Below the pieces are notes generated by a model. That model ran no database searches. It was not told where the DNA came from and saw nothing but the letters and a program-made list of their open reading frames with translations. The position numbers and the translations under genes were made by a program. A stretch of 64,000 nucleotides of DNA from a virus. Taxonomy: Duplodnaviria; Caudoviricetes. Below are positions 30,001 through 39,462 of the stretch, in pieces (within the stretch, counting starts at the first letter, position 1; every line of letters begins with the position of its first letter). Where the stretch lies: IMG/VR virus record IMGVR_UViG_3300010388_000214, positions 31,626 to 95,625 of that record; one strand, 5' to 3'.

Positions 30001-30612
30001 CCACAAAAGATTTTTGAAATTGATGCATCTACTGGTGTTTACAACTTCTACGTGGAGGCCGTAGACGGGTTACGCAGACGTGGAAAAATTACTGTAACTC
30101 TTACGTCTGGTACCGTTGAGTCTGGAACCAACACAGTATTCTTCTATTGGAACGGTAACGTTGTTACCAATCCCGTTATGACACTGGGAGAGTGGGGAAT
30201 GCTCGGCATCGTATTTAAGCCATACCTGGTGTTTAATAACTCTGTCGGGTATATTAAATTTACTTCGCCAATGATAGTCAACAACCTTTCTACATATCAG
30301 TTAGACTCTTCATCTCAAGCTCAGCAGATCGTTTACAAGACCTGGCAAGATATTGAAGACAACCCATCCGAAGACGAATGGGACGAATGGTATGTGGAGG
30401 GCGGAACCTCAAAAACATGGGAAGATGCGTTTTATAAAGTCGCAACATTCAACCCATCTATTGATCCTGCAGAAATTTACAAGACATATATTGGTACAAA
30501 CAAGATTATTGCAGATAGTTCTTCGCAGTCTGGTCAGGTTAGGTTAAATAAGTATGAGTATGTAACATATGGTGGCGTACAGCGTGACAGTTATCCAGTC
30601 GGTCTCTTATAA
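27067..30612 (+). CDS. large minor virion protein with LamG/ConA-like domain
   Basis: HPIALWALD, TLEAWLR, D.VAIYPY; TTG start uncertain. Confidence 0.75.
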   Translation: MSTPSNLYAEKVFSEHPIALWALDDKCDYISYVSESNRRFYDYTTQWLYTGMTPSSGESGTVVEFSATSAIVDEKFVFQDSAVTKITPPALTVGQTGTFTISSRFTIDVVSRSFSVALYQYSDVALTSVEISATATGYSQTETFSSLQANKQNHLCATFSTTEEVNDITISIEITYPYSATATEIYLNGFSIGSFSEEFSATSLGIDYQQQLPTDIALSQRNGVKALAYGSEQDYGYYLLSDTTLLAKNSSIPMVYGASNSTILHEANQTEPHMILPGKGFMNEKGKTNTLTLEAWLRINSNNASERIIGPIASEDGLYVDGPFLVLRIDDKTCSHFVGEWFRPMLVDVIVSKSTASLMVNGESVASIDLSDSTHNYASPEDSSGKSQDWIGFYCYGNVTSVEVDCVAIYPYEVSEVLAKKRFVSGQGVVYPQDINVAYSGESIFIDYIYSNYAKNYEFPTISSWQQGFFDNLDVSSKKLSSPTYQLPSVSSSGGSAYTISKLQKDLNPTHGAISLKEPSDWSDKNSYLYFPSLNILQTTVSAILGIFYKSETDSSTNRQTLIKIVNTLNDSYVRISLEDETLRYSYKVMGQAELTLDYSDENETVDITKGDLFSAGINISKISEKYPELKEFFSNRSSLSVMIAGDYSGTDSSLDTTFSGRMSSISFCTEKNVQEFDLFFSADGILDTTETTLPAASYSLVLSDVSGVSKIEVSTKSYWQSHVPLSSLSKLQTSSTGVVSDGIDFVQINLDYPQTRPTATAELDPRLDDVKTFVTFQYISDGANKDLSEFTSLTFDSEKVFLVEPGSSSEDWTETKYQVIDGTIVYPPELQDGESYVDIALCIHMEIVANNSLSNKLVTRFLKLGSQSLSNNASVASSPINKIGTKFGKGLYPYKENATNGFPGNISYKAKNPFRIFRGSGPHLYLTHNSGISVAGEYDSNVNRGLFARLNRDAFANTNISSLQMSVLWNNKLFPETPQKIFEIDASTGVYNFYVEAVDGLRRRGKITVTLTSGTVESGTNTVFFYWNGNVVTNPVMTLGEWGMLGIVFKPYLVFNNSVGYIKFTSPMIVNNLSTYQLDSSSQAQQIVYKTWQDIEDNPSEDEWDEWYVEGGTSKTWEDAFYKVATFNPSIDPAEIYKTYIGTNKIIADSSSQSGQVRLNKYEYVTYGGVQRDSYPVGLL

Positions 30613-30630
30613 TATGGTATACTTGTAATC

Positions 30631-31002
30631 ATGGAAAAGATTATGAAGGGTCAGATTGGTAAGACCAAGATCCAGGTTATTGAAGAGCCATTCTCAAACG
30701 CAGGTGTATATGTTTGGAAAAAGGCTAGCGGCAAGTTTTTTACAGATGGGGAAGGCAACGTTCTTAACATTCCATCGATGCGTGGTGACGAAAGCAAGAT
30801 TCGAGAAATCTCTGATGCAGCTGCGTACCACGGTGAGCCAGACGGAGAAGCTATCTTCTTCCCCAACGTTGCCAGGGTATCTGACGAAGAGCACAGCGAA
30901 CAGCTTGATCGTATGAAGCAGGGACTAATCCCATCGATGAACGACCTTGGTGCATTGATTGCAGCCAAGAAGACACAGGAGATGTACGGTAACGATGACT
31001 AA
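30631..31002 (+). CDS. hypothetical protein upstream of the portal
   Basis: ORF track; leaderless after TGG-TATACT. Confidence 0.75.
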   Translation: MEKIMKGQIGKTKIQVIEEPFSNAGVYVWKKASGKFFTDGEGNVLNIPSMRGDESKIREISDAAAYHGEPDGEAIFFPNVARVSDEEHSEQLDRMKQGLIPSMNDLGALIAAKKTQEMYGNDD

Positions 31003-32596
31003 CGAAGTAACTAGAATTCCTATTCCAATTAGAATAGAAGACGGATTTGAGGAAGTAAAGACTCCATCAAACGACCCATTCTTTAAGGCATGGGACGAGG
31101 TAAAGAACTATAACGGCATTGATGCAAACTTTAAGCGTCGTGCTTCTCGTATCTCTAAGGTAGAAATGTCTGAAGAGTACATGGACTCTGCTAACGCATA
31201 TGCAACTGGTAGAGATGACGCAAAGTCAAAGAAGCTCAACCCTGGTGTGGTTTATCGTAATGCTTACGGAATCTTTGACGTAATCACACCCCCATACGAC
31301 GTATACCAGCTTGCTGGATACTACGACACATCATTTGCAAACCACGCAGCCATTGACGCAAAGGTTGAAAACACCGTCGGTCTTGGCTACGACTTTATTG
31401 TTTCTGACAGAACCATGATGAAGCTTGAGATGACAGAAGACAAGGAAGCGGTTGGCAGAGCACGTAAGCGTATTGAGCGTGCAAAGGTTGACCTTCGTAG
31501 CTGGCTTGAAAGTCTTAACGAAGATGAAAGCTTTACAGAAACTCTAGAAAAGGTTTACACAGATGTTCACGCAACAGGAAACGGCTACATCGAAATCGGC
31601 AGAACCGTAAATGGCGAAATTGGTTATGTTGGCCACATCCCAACAACCACAATGCGTGTACGTCGACTACACGATGGTTTTGTTCAAATCATTGCAAACA
31701 AGGTTGTTTACTTCCGTAATTTTGGGGCAAAGAATCAGAACCCAATCACAACTGATCCACGTCCTAACGAGATTATTCACATCAAGGAGTACTCTCCGCT
31801 AAACACATTCTATGGTGTACCAGACACAATTGCAGCTATGGCATCCTTGCTTGGTGACGCATTTGCTTCTCAGTACAACATTGACTACTTCCAGAACAAG
31901 GCCGTGCCACGCTATGTGGTTACCCTAAAGGGTGCATCTCTTTCTACAGAGGCAGAGGACAAGTTGTTCAGATTCCTTCAGACTGGTCTTAAAGGGCAGA
32001 ACCACCGCACACTCTACATCCCTCTTCCAGGAGACTCTGACCAGAATAAGGTTGAGTTTAAGATGGAGCCAATTGAAAACGGTATTCAGGAAGGTTCTTT
32101 TAACCAGTACCGCAAGCAGGTAAGAGACGACATCCTCATTGCTCACCAGGTCCCACTATCCAAGCTTGGTGGCGGAGATAGCTCTAACGTTGCAGCTGCC
32201 CTGTCTCAGGATAGAACCTTTAAGGAGCAAGTTGCAAGACCTGCACAGCGTAACCTAGAAAAGGTTTTGAACAAGATTGTTCGTGAAAAGACCGATGTTC
32301 TAGAGTTTAAGTTTAACGAGCTAACTCTTACAGACGAGACAGCACAGTCTCAGATTCTTGAGCGTTACGTACGCAACCAGATTATGATGCCTAACGAAGC
32401 TCGTGAGATCATCAACCTTCCACAGATTCCTGGTGGAGACGAGCCATTCCAGATGACATCTAGATTAGCTGCTGATGCTAGAGCTAACCAGGGAAAGACT
32501 CGTGAGCGTGACGCAGAGCGTGTCAGTGGTCAGTCCGATGGAACTGCAACCACAACAGGCAGAAATCCAAAAGGGGAGGGTAGATCCACACAATAA
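30995..32596 (+). CDS. portal protein (start MTNEVTR)
   Basis: TGNGYIE, NEIIH, YGVP, YFQN.AVP, AHQVP..LG, MPNEAR. Confidence 0.9.
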   Translation: MTNEVTRIPIPIRIEDGFEEVKTPSNDPFFKAWDEVKNYNGIDANFKRRASRISKVEMSEEYMDSANAYATGRDDAKSKKLNPGVVYRNAYGIFDVITPPYDVYQLAGYYDTSFANHAAIDAKVENTVGLGYDFIVSDRTMMKLEMTEDKEAVGRARKRIERAKVDLRSWLESLNEDESFTETLEKVYTDVHATGNGYIEIGRTVNGEIGYVGHIPTTTMRVRRLHDGFVQIIANKVVYFRNFGAKNQNPITTDPRPNEIIHIKEYSPLNTFYGVPDTIAAMASLLGDAFASQYNIDYFQNKAVPRYVVTLKGASLSTEAEDKLFRFLQTGLKGQNHRTLYIPLPGDSDQNKVEFKMEPIENGIQEGSFNQYRKQVRDDILIAHQVPLSKLGGGDSSNVAAALSQDRTFKEQVARPAQRNLEKVLNKIVREKTDVLEFKFNELTLTDETAQSQILERYVRNQIMMPNEAREIINLPQIPGGDEPFQMTSRLAADARANQGKTRERDAERVSGQSDGTATTTGRNPKGEGRSTQ

Positions 32597-32662
32597 CTAA
32601 AAATGTTGTATAATAACATATAAGTAACATTTTTAGAAAAAAGGGTCTATAATTAGATTAGT

Positions 32663-33934
32663 ATGACTATTCAAAAAGCACACTGGGCCACCGAAGGCGA
32701 GAACGTTCGCCTTTCTATGCCTATTAACAAGGTTGATCAGGAGAGACGTATTGTCTCTGGTTTTGCTACCCTCGACAACATTGATCGTCAGCAGGACATC
32801 GTAACTACCGAAGCAAGCCTTAAGGCATTCGAGAAGTTCCGTGGCAACATCCGTGAGATGCACCAGCCACTAGCTGTTGGCAAGATGGTCTCCTTCAAGG
32901 AAGACAAGTATTTTGATCCAGAGACAAAGAAGTTCTATTCTGGAGTTTATGTTTCTGCATACGTTTCTAAGGGTGCACAGGACACTTGGGAAAAGGTTCT
33001 AGACGGAACTCTTTCTGGTTTTTCTATCGGCGGTAGAATGAACAAGTGGGACGATGCCTATGACGAGAAGTCAGACTCTGCTATTCGTGTTATTAAGGAA
33101 TACGATCTAGTTGAGCTATCTCTAGTAGATACACCTGCAAACCAGTTTGCAAACATCCTTTCTGTAGAGAAGGTAGATGGCGTAGATGTAGTAAAGGGTG
33201 TCGACTCTGACACCGTACTTGAAAATGTTTTTTGGGATAAGGAGTCTGGATTGGTTATGGTTTCAGAAAATGAATCTGAAGTCAGCCCCACCTCTGGTAC
33301 TCCCATGAAAAATATTGGTTTTGTCGAAAAGTCAGACAGTGACAAAAACGATATGATTAAATTCTTGGTTGATAGTGCTAAAGGCATTAATACAATTGAG
33401 ATTAACAAGGAGGATAACATGACAGAAGAAGTTACAAACGAAGCTGCTGCAGAAGATGTAGTAGTTGACGAAACTGTTGAGATCGCTCCAGAGGCAGATG
33501 CCGCAGTTGAGGCTGAAGCTGAAGATGTAGACAAGGCTGACAAGCCTGAAGTTGAAATCTCAGTTGAGACCGAAGACGAAGAGGACGAAGAGTCCGAAGA
33601 AGAGGTATCGAAGTCAGATAACGAGGAAGTTGCAGTTGATGCAATTACTGAACTTAAAGATGCCGTTACATCAGCCTTTAGCGAAATCACCGCAGTAGTC
33701 AAATCACTTAGTGAAGAGATTTCTGCACTTAAGAAGTCCAATGAGGTCACAGCTGCTAAACTTGCAGATGCTGAGCAGGACTTCGCTAATCTTGGAAAGT
33801 CAATTGACGCTCTCGAAGCTGATACCGCTTTCCGCAAGTCTGGCGATCTGGGCGAGATCGTACAGGAACCAGCAATGGTTGAAAAATCAGTATGGGGCGG
33901 TCGTTTCCTCACAAATGCCGATCTACTGAAATAA
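32663..33934 (+). CDS. HK97-type prohead protease with acidic C-terminal scaffold
   Basis: REMH, GFSIGG, ELSLVDTPAN; acidic coiled-coil tail. Confidence 0.9.
   Translation: MTIQKAHWATEGENVRLSMPINKVDQERRIVSGFATLDNIDRQQDIVTTEASLKAFEKFRGNIREMHQPLAVGKMVSFKEDKYFDPETKKFYSGVYVSAYVSKGAQDTWEKVLDGTLSGFSIGGRMNKWDDAYDEKSDSAIRVIKEYDLVELSLVDTPANQFANILSVEKVDGVDVVKGVDSDTVLENVFWDKESGLVMVSENESEVSPTSGTPMKNIGFVEKSDSDKNDMIKFLVDSAKGINTIEINKEDNMTEEVTNEAAAEDVVVDETVEIAPEADAAVEAEAEDVDKADKPEVEISVETEDEEDEESEEEVSKSDNEEVAVDAITELKDAVTSAFSEITAVVKSLSEEISALKKSNEVTAAKLADAEQDFANLGKSIDALEADTAFRKSGDLGEIVQEPAMVEKSVWGGRFLTNADLLK
33419..33934 (+). CDS. nested in-frame scaffold protein
   Basis: AAGGAGG-N5-ATG, in frame with the protease. 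Confidence 0.6.
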   Translation: MTEEVTNEAAAEDVVVDETVEIAPEADAAVEAEAEDVDKADKPEVEISVETEDEEDEESEEEVSKSDNEEVAVDAITELKDAVTSAFSEITAVVKSLSEEISALKKSNEVTAAKLADAEQDFANLGKSIDALEADTAFRKSGDLGEIVQEPAMVEKSVWGGRFLTNADLLK

Positions 33935-33965
33935 AAATACAAAATATCACTGGGAGGTGAAATAT

Positions 33966-35072
33966 ATGTCGGAAGAAATTATTAAAAACAACCCTTCAAA
34001 TGCAACTTATCCTAACGCGGATGGTTCAGCATTTGCAGGTGGTATTGGTGGTGTTACAGACCCTGCCTTTGCATACCTCGGTAACACCGAAGGTGATGCA
34101 GAACTCGGACTCACAACTGGTCCTAACGCAGTCAACCCATCCTCTACCGCAAACCCCCGTTACGAAGGTGCTGGTATCCTGCGTCCCGAACAGGCTCGTC
34201 GATTCATCGATTACGTCTGGGACGCTACCACTCTTGCCAACGACGGTCGCCGCGTGACTATGCGTGCTAACACTATGGAACTTGAAAAGGTTAACGTAGG
34301 TGAGCGTGTTGTTCGTGCTGCAAACCAGGGTGACGCTAGCTTTACAAACGCTGGTGCCACCTTCTCTAAGGTTGAACTAACCACCAAGAAACTACGTCTT
34401 GACTGGGAAGTTTCAGCTGAAGCACTCGAAGACAATATTGAAGGAGGTGCTCTTGAGGACCACTTGGTTCGTCTCATGACCACCGCTTTCGGTAACGACA
34501 TCGAGGACCTAGCAATTAACGGTGACACCGCACAGTCTGGTGACGCATTCCTCGGCATTATGGACGGCTTTATTGCCCGTGCAGATGGCGATGGCTTTGC
34601 TCACGAGGCAGTCGTAAGTCAGGTTGACGCAAACTGGACTGTCGATGATATGCAGAAGCTTATCCTCGCACTTCCACGTAAGTACCGTGCACTCCAGACA
34701 GGACTCAAGTTCTATGCTGGTACCGATACTTTTGCAAACATCGTTAAGAACAATGGTACCGTATTCGACAGCATCGGTTCAACCGAGTCTGCTCGTGGTT
34801 CCTACTTCGGCGGTGTCGACCAGACCATCGGTGGTGCACGTCAGACTCGTGTACTTGGTGTTCCAGTCCTCGAAGTTCCTTACTACCCTGCAGAGTATGT
34901 AGACCTTACATTCCCTCAGAACCGTATTTGGGGCTTCCAGCGTGACATCACAGTTAACCGTTTCTACGTTCCTAAGAAGGACACAATCGAGTACACCGTA
35001 TTCGTTCGATTCGGAATTAACTGGGAAGAGCAGGACGCTGTAGCTTACGCAACTAAGCCAGTAGCATCCTAA
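33966..35072 (+). CDS. major capsid protein
   Basis: position; GILRPEQA..FID, LEDNIEG, EDLAINGD; SD GGAGG. Confidence 0.9.
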   Translation: MSEEIIKNNPSNATYPNADGSAFAGGIGGVTDPAFAYLGNTEGDAELGLTTGPNAVNPSSTANPRYEGAGILRPEQARRFIDYVWDATTLANDGRRVTMRANTMELEKVNVGERVVRAANQGDASFTNAGATFSKVELTTKKLRLDWEVSAEALEDNIEGGALEDHLVRLMTTAFGNDIEDLAINGDTAQSGDAFLGIMDGFIARADGDGFAHEAVVSQVDANWTVDDMQKLILALPRKYRALQTGLKFYAGTDTFANIVKNNGTVFDSIGSTESARGSYFGGVDQTIGGARQTRVLGVPVLEVPYYPAEYVDLTFPQNRIWGFQRDITVNRFYVPKKDTIEYTVFVRFGINWEEQDAVAYATKPVAS

Positions 35073-35092
35073 TCTTTTAGGTTACACCCATT

Positions 35093-35130
35093 AGAGGGGG
35101 GTAGGAGTTAACGCTCCTGCCCCTCTTTTT
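35093..35130 (+). terminator. intrinsic terminator after the capsid gene
   Basis: GC-rich stem plus T-tract. Confidence 0.8.
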
Positions 35131-35173
35131 AATTATCCTGGTATAATAAAAAGAGTAGTTCAAGGAGGCAATC

Positions 35174-35356
35174 ATGTCGGACGAAAAATACGACAAGGTA
35201 GCAGTATATTCTTCCAGAAACGTTTTTTGGCAGGGTATAGGAAAAATTTCTAAAGGCTATAACATAATGACCAAGGACAAGGCAGACCAGTGGCTCACCA
35301 GAGATCACACCAGGCTTGCTACGCCAGAAGAGGTCGCTAAGGAGTATGGAATTTAA
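35174..35356 (+). CDS. small virion-associated protein
   Basis: SD AAGGAGG; coupled to the next gene. Confidence 0.7.
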   Translation: MSDEKYDKVAVYSSRNVFWQGIGKISKGYNIMTKDKADQWLTRDHTRLATPEEVAKEYGI

Positions 35357-36273
35357 TGGAGATCTTAAGAGTCCCACCCTATCCCATCACTGCTACCTGG
35401 GATGTCCCAGAAGCAAATACAGACTACGTAATTTACCTTGAAGATTTGGTAGATCACTCATTCGAAAATATTGAAATTACATCAAACGCAGATTCTCAAA
35501 TTGAATACGAGATGCCAAGAGCAAAGCTCCAGTTTGATAGAGACTTTCTGTTTAGAGTTTACGACACATTAGGCGAAATTGTAATTGATTCAAACCTTAC
35601 GGTTTACAGACCATATGTTGACCCAAACACTCTTGGAACAACTCCAACAGAAGTAGCAGAATATAAAGAGCTTGAGATTGTTGCTAGAAGCATTATTGAC
35701 TCATATCTAGGGACTTCTGGTGGTTTTTATAATCACAAACTGGTGATGCAGCAGGTTGGTCAAGGAACAGATTACTTCCCAGTTTGGCACGATGCAAACC
35801 GAGTACTAAAGGTTTACGAAAACAACGTTCTGGTTTATGACTACGAAGATACAGAAACAACCTGGGACTTCGTATATACCATGACATTAGATAATTCTGC
35901 AATCATCAAGGTTGTTGCAGACGCATATAATAGATTTGAAGCCAAGCCAATCTCTGCAAGCTATGCAGGTGGAGACCTTGGGTTCCCCTGGGCAGGAAAC
36001 GGTGTAGCGTTCCCAAGAGGATACGACTATATATTTGTTTTGGATGCTGGATTTAAAGCTATTCCGCCAGAGATTGAACTTGCAACAAAGTATTTAATTG
36101 AAGATATTAAGTGCGGAAACAACGACTATTACAAGAGATTCGTTACTCAGTACAGCACAGATCAGTTTGATATTAAGTTTGCTCCACAATTCTTGGAGGG
36201 TACTGGCAACATTATCGTTGATAAGATTCTTAGCAACTATAAGGGCATGAACCTAAAGCCAGGAATACTATGA
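35356..36273 (+). CDS. head-to-tail adaptor
   Basis: synteny; IPPEIELA.. and VDKIL..Y motifs. Confidence 0.65.
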   Translation: MEILRVPPYPITATWDVPEANTDYVIYLEDLVDHSFENIEITSNADSQIEYEMPRAKLQFDRDFLFRVYDTLGEIVIDSNLTVYRPYVDPNTLGTTPTEVAEYKELEIVARSIIDSYLGTSGGFYNHKLVMQQVGQGTDYFPVWHDANRVLKVYENNVLVYDYEDTETTWDFVYTMTLDNSAIIKVVADAYNRFEAKPISASYAGGDLGFPWAGNGVAFPRGYDYIFVLDAGFKAIPPEIELATKYLIEDIKCGNNDYYKRFVTQYSTDQFDIKFAPQFLEGTGNIIVDKILSNYKGMNLKPGIL

Positions 36274-36740
36274 TCAATTGTTGTGATGGAGACGCTACCA
36301 GTATTATCTACCCAATGACGGCAGATATTTGCTACCCCGTAGTTTCTCAAAGCCCATATGGAAACGTATCAAAGGCATGGACCCTTGACGATACCATTGT
36401 GTGCTCATTCACAATTGCAGGATCTAAGAACAAGCAGGATGTTGTTCCCAATCCACTAATCACCATTGACAACTTCTTGATTGGAAGAACAAAGAGAGAT
36501 ATCAGAACATCCGTTCTTGGACTAGATTATGCAATCACAAACATTCTGGTTACAAACATTAGGGACAGAGAGGGAAATGTTATTTATAAAGAAACCTCTG
36601 GCCCACGTGCAGGTCTTCCCACAATTTTTGAAGTTGCCACAAACGATCCAGTTGTTGGTCCATTTGGCAAGATAGAGTTTTTTAAGGTTGTTATTCGTAG
36701 ATCTGAAAACCAGGCGGTGATCTATGAGAGTGAAAGTTAA
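36270..36740 (+). CDS. head-to-tail stopper-like protein
   Basis: synteny and size. Confidence 0.55.
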   Translation: MINCCDGDATSIIYPMTADICYPVVSQSPYGNVSKAWTLDDTIVCSFTIAGSKNKQDVVPNPLITIDNFLIGRTKRDIRTSVLGLDYAITNILVTNIRDREGNVIYKETSGPRAGLPTIFEVATNDPVVGPFGKIEFFKVVIRRSENQAVIYESES

Positions 36741-37392
36741 TGATAATCAACTTATCAAAGATCTAAACAACATTGTTCAATACTCTATTGGCTTTCTGGA
36801 CGGAACTAAGGCAGGCAAAAAGATTATGTTGGCAAACCTTGGCGATCAGCTTCAAGAGCTGGTTGGAGAGTTTATTGACGCAAATGCCAGGGTAGACCCA
36901 CAAAAGCTTCACCACGTGTACGAGTGGTACAGAACAGGAAGTCCTGCAGCAAGATTATTCGACATTGACTACAATGTGACCAATGGAGGACTATCTATTG
37001 ACGGAACACTAACTCAGTCAAGATCTAACCCAAAGGGTTCTAATACGCCATTTTACAATAAGGCAAAGGTCATGGAGTCTGGCTCACCAGTAACAATCTC
37101 TCCAAAGAATGCAAAGGTTTTGAGGTTTGAGCAAGATGGAAAAGAAGTCTTTGTTTCTGGATCTGTTAGAGTTGACAACCCAGGTGGAGAAGAGGTAGCT
37201 GGAAGCTTTGAGGAAACATTTAGAATGTTTTTTATGACGTATGCATCTCAGGCACTATTCTCTATCAGCGGACTAGCTGACCACCTTAAGAATCCAGTAG
37301 AGTTTAAAAAGAATTTTGCTGCAGGAGCTAGAGGCGGCAAGGCTGTCGGATACTCCGCAGGTATCAAATTTATTTCTGGAGGTAAATACTAA
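36724..37392 (+). CDS. neck/tail-completion protein
   Basis: synteny; I.PKNAKVLRF motif. Confidence 0.55.
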   Translation: MRVKVNDNQLIKDLNNIVQYSIGFLDGTKAGKKIMLANLGDQLQELVGEFIDANARVDPQKLHHVYEWYRTGSPAARLFDIDYNVTNGGLSIDGTLTQSRSNPKGSNTPFYNKAKVMESGSPVTISPKNAKVLRFEQDGKEVFVSGSVRVDNPGGEEVAGSFEETFRMFFMTYASQALFSISGLADHLKNPVEFKKNFAAGARGGKAVGYSAGIKFISGGKY

Positions 37393-37946
37393 TGGCAACT
37401 AACCCAATCACATATCCACCCGTAATCATCAATGAATATTTGTCCGAGAAAATAGGACAGGTTCTTCCTGACAGATTTGCAGGATCTCTAAGATTCTTCC
37501 CCACCCTTCCAACAGACCTAGACGCTTTGACAGAAGGTTTTCCAGAAGCGTCAGAAGACGTTTTTGCGGTATACGACAGAATGTTTAAAATGCGTCGCAA
37601 GCCTTTTCCACACATTAAGTGTGAACAGCTACTTTACTATTTCTACAAAACAGCAGGAGACCCAGAAGCCCTAATTGAGACCTCTCAGGTTGTTCAAGAT
37701 CTCCTTGACCGAGGAGACGAGTCTGCAGAAGAAATCAATAAATGGATAGCTTCAAAAGCAGTAGATGGAATTTTGACATTTGGAACTGGACCTCTAGCAA
37801 GAGAATTTAAGCCAGTGAGATTCCATGAGTTTAAGATTTTTCAATTAGAAGAAACTAGAGATATTGTAGACTTTGGAACAGCCAGAACATATGCTGGTAA
37901 CAAGATAATTATTGACTACGAATACCACACCCAAGATTATTCATAA
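37392..37946 (+). CDS. tail terminator-like protein
   Basis: position before the major tail gene. Confidence 0.5.
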   Translation: MATNPITYPPVIINEYLSEKIGQVLPDRFAGSLRFFPTLPTDLDALTEGFPEASEDVFAVYDRMFKMRRKPFPHIKCEQLLYYFYKTAGDPEALIETSQVVQDLLDRGDESAEEINKWIASKAVDGILTFGTGPLAREFKPVRFHEFKIFQLEETRDIVDFGTARTYAGNKIIIDYEYHTQDYS

Positions 37947-38011
37947 ACGGCGTATATACTTGTAATGAGGAAACACGCCCACTATTCTATAGAAATAAGA
38001 GGTGAATAAAT

Positions 38012-38662
38012 ATGGCATATACAAGAGGAAACTCTGCACAGATCATCGTCGGTGCAGCTGCTCTTTTCACGTATGAATCAGGTCCACTCGCACCAGCGAG
38101 CATCCCAACTCAGGTTGAGGATGTATCCTACCGCGAAACTCTCTCGGACAACAATGCATTCCGCAACGTTGGTTACACATCAAATGGTCTCGAACTTCAG
38201 TTCCAGCCCGACTTTGGTGAGGTACAGGTAGACCAGATTCTAGACGTAGCTAAACTCTACAAGCAGGGAATGACTGTTAACCTTAACACTACATTCGCTG
38301 AAGCAACTCTGGAGAACCTACTCTTCGCTATCGCAGGCAAGGATGACACACTAGCAACTGGTGCTGTCGGATCTGCTTTTGCTAGCCAGAGCGTTCTCGA
38401 CCTCGCGTCAGGTGACCTCGGTGAGTGTCCCGTTGAGCGTGGTTTGATTGCTGTCGGTCCTGGTACAGGCGACTGTGCTCAGGGTGACGCTATTGAGCGT
38501 ATCTACGTTGCATACCGTGCACTTTCAATTGAAAGCGTTACAGTATCAGCTAAGCGTGATGAAGCTACCATGTTTGAGGTTTCTTTCCGCCTTCTTCCCG
38601 TTGAGGACGCAACCGCATCCTACGGTAAGATCGTTGATCGTACAATCTCACTAACATCATAA
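38012..38662 (+). CDS. major tail (tube) protein
   Basis: IIVGAA.LF, VGYTSNG, EATLENL; followed by a terminator. Confidence 0.85.
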   Translation: MAYTRGNSAQIIVGAAALFTYESGPLAPASIPTQVEDVSYRETLSDNNAFRNVGYTSNGLELQFQPDFGEVQVDQILDVAKLYKQGMTVNLNTTFAEATLENLLFAIAGKDDTLATGAVGSAFASQSVLDLASGDLGECPVERGLIAVGPGTGDCAQGDAIERIYVAYRALSIESVTVSAKRDEATMFEVSFRLLPVEDATASYGKIVDRTISLTS

Positions 38663-38678
38663 TTAAATAATAAGGATT

Positions 38679-38710
38679 GGCCCAGGTTTAATGCCTGGGC
38701 CTTTCTTTTT
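38679..38710 (+). terminator. intrinsic terminator
   Basis: GGCCCAGG/CCTGGGCC plus T-tract. Confidence 0.85.
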
Positions 38711-38721
38711 GGTACAATAGA

Positions 38722-39414
38722 ATGATGGCAACAAAAATATATGAGACAGAAGTTATAACTCTTATAGATGGCAAAAGAGTTAGGCTGTATCCGTTAAAGC
38801 TTAGATACCTAAGAGAATTCATGGATCAGTTTTCTGCAATCAAAAAAGCCTCCACAGACTACGAGGCTATTGCTGAGTTGTCAAAATGTGCAGCTATCGC
38901 TATGAGACAATTCTGTCCTGAGCTAGAGACTCTAGAAGATTTTGAAGACAGTGTAGACCTTGACGCTATTTATACCATTTTGCGTGTTTCCGCAGGTATC
39001 AAGATTAACCCAGAAGAAGATACAGAAGTAAAAGAACAGGCAGAGTCAAGTGGATCTACATGGGAAGATCTCGACCTAGCCAAGATTGAGGCAGAGGTAT
39101 TTTTGCTGGGTATATGGAAAGACTATGAAGAACTAGAGTCGTCCATGTCTATGCCAGAGATACTAAGCACCCTTGGCTCTAAGAGAGAGCTAGACTTTGA
39201 AGAAAAGAAGTTCTTAGCTTCTATTCAGGGAATCGATATTAGTGGTGAAGACAAAGAGCCAGAGGTTGACGCATGGGAAGCAATGAAGGCAAGAGTATTC
39301 AGTGGTGGACAGACTGGAGACCCCAATGACATTATTGCGTACCAAGGACACACAGCAAACAAGGCTGGCTTCGGTATTGGAATGGGTCTTGACTATGAGG
39401 ACAACAGAAAATAG
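38722..39414 (+). CDS. tail assembly chaperone, long (GT-like) form
   Basis: between tube and tape measure; N-terminal 95 aa homologous to 39463..39774. Confidence 0.75.
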   Translation: MMATKIYETEVITLIDGKRVRLYPLKLRYLREFMDQFSAIKKASTDYEAIAELSKCAAIAMRQFCPELETLEDFEDSVDLDAIYTILRVSAGIKINPEEDTEVKEQAESSGSTWEDLDLAKIEAEVFLLGIWKDYEELESSMSMPEILSTLGSKRELDFEEKKFLASIQGIDISGEDKEPEVDAWEAMKARVFSGGQTGDPNDIIAYQGHTANKAGFGIGMGLDYEDNRK

Positions 39415-39462
39415 TAAATCATTGTGATATAATTTAATAGACCCTAAAGGAGGACATAAACA

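Noticed and set aside
30631-31002. Terminase upstream of the portal
   Set aside because: No ATPase or nuclease motifs; the large terminase is not in this window
33058-33942. 294-aa minus-strand ORF, and similar antisense ORFs at 16439, 44009 and 62150
   Set aside because: Shadow frames of strong plus-strand genes; no RBS or recognisable motifs
38990-39070. Programmed -1 frameshift in the tail chaperone
   Set aside because: The ORF is continuous in one frame and I saw no convincing slippery heptamer
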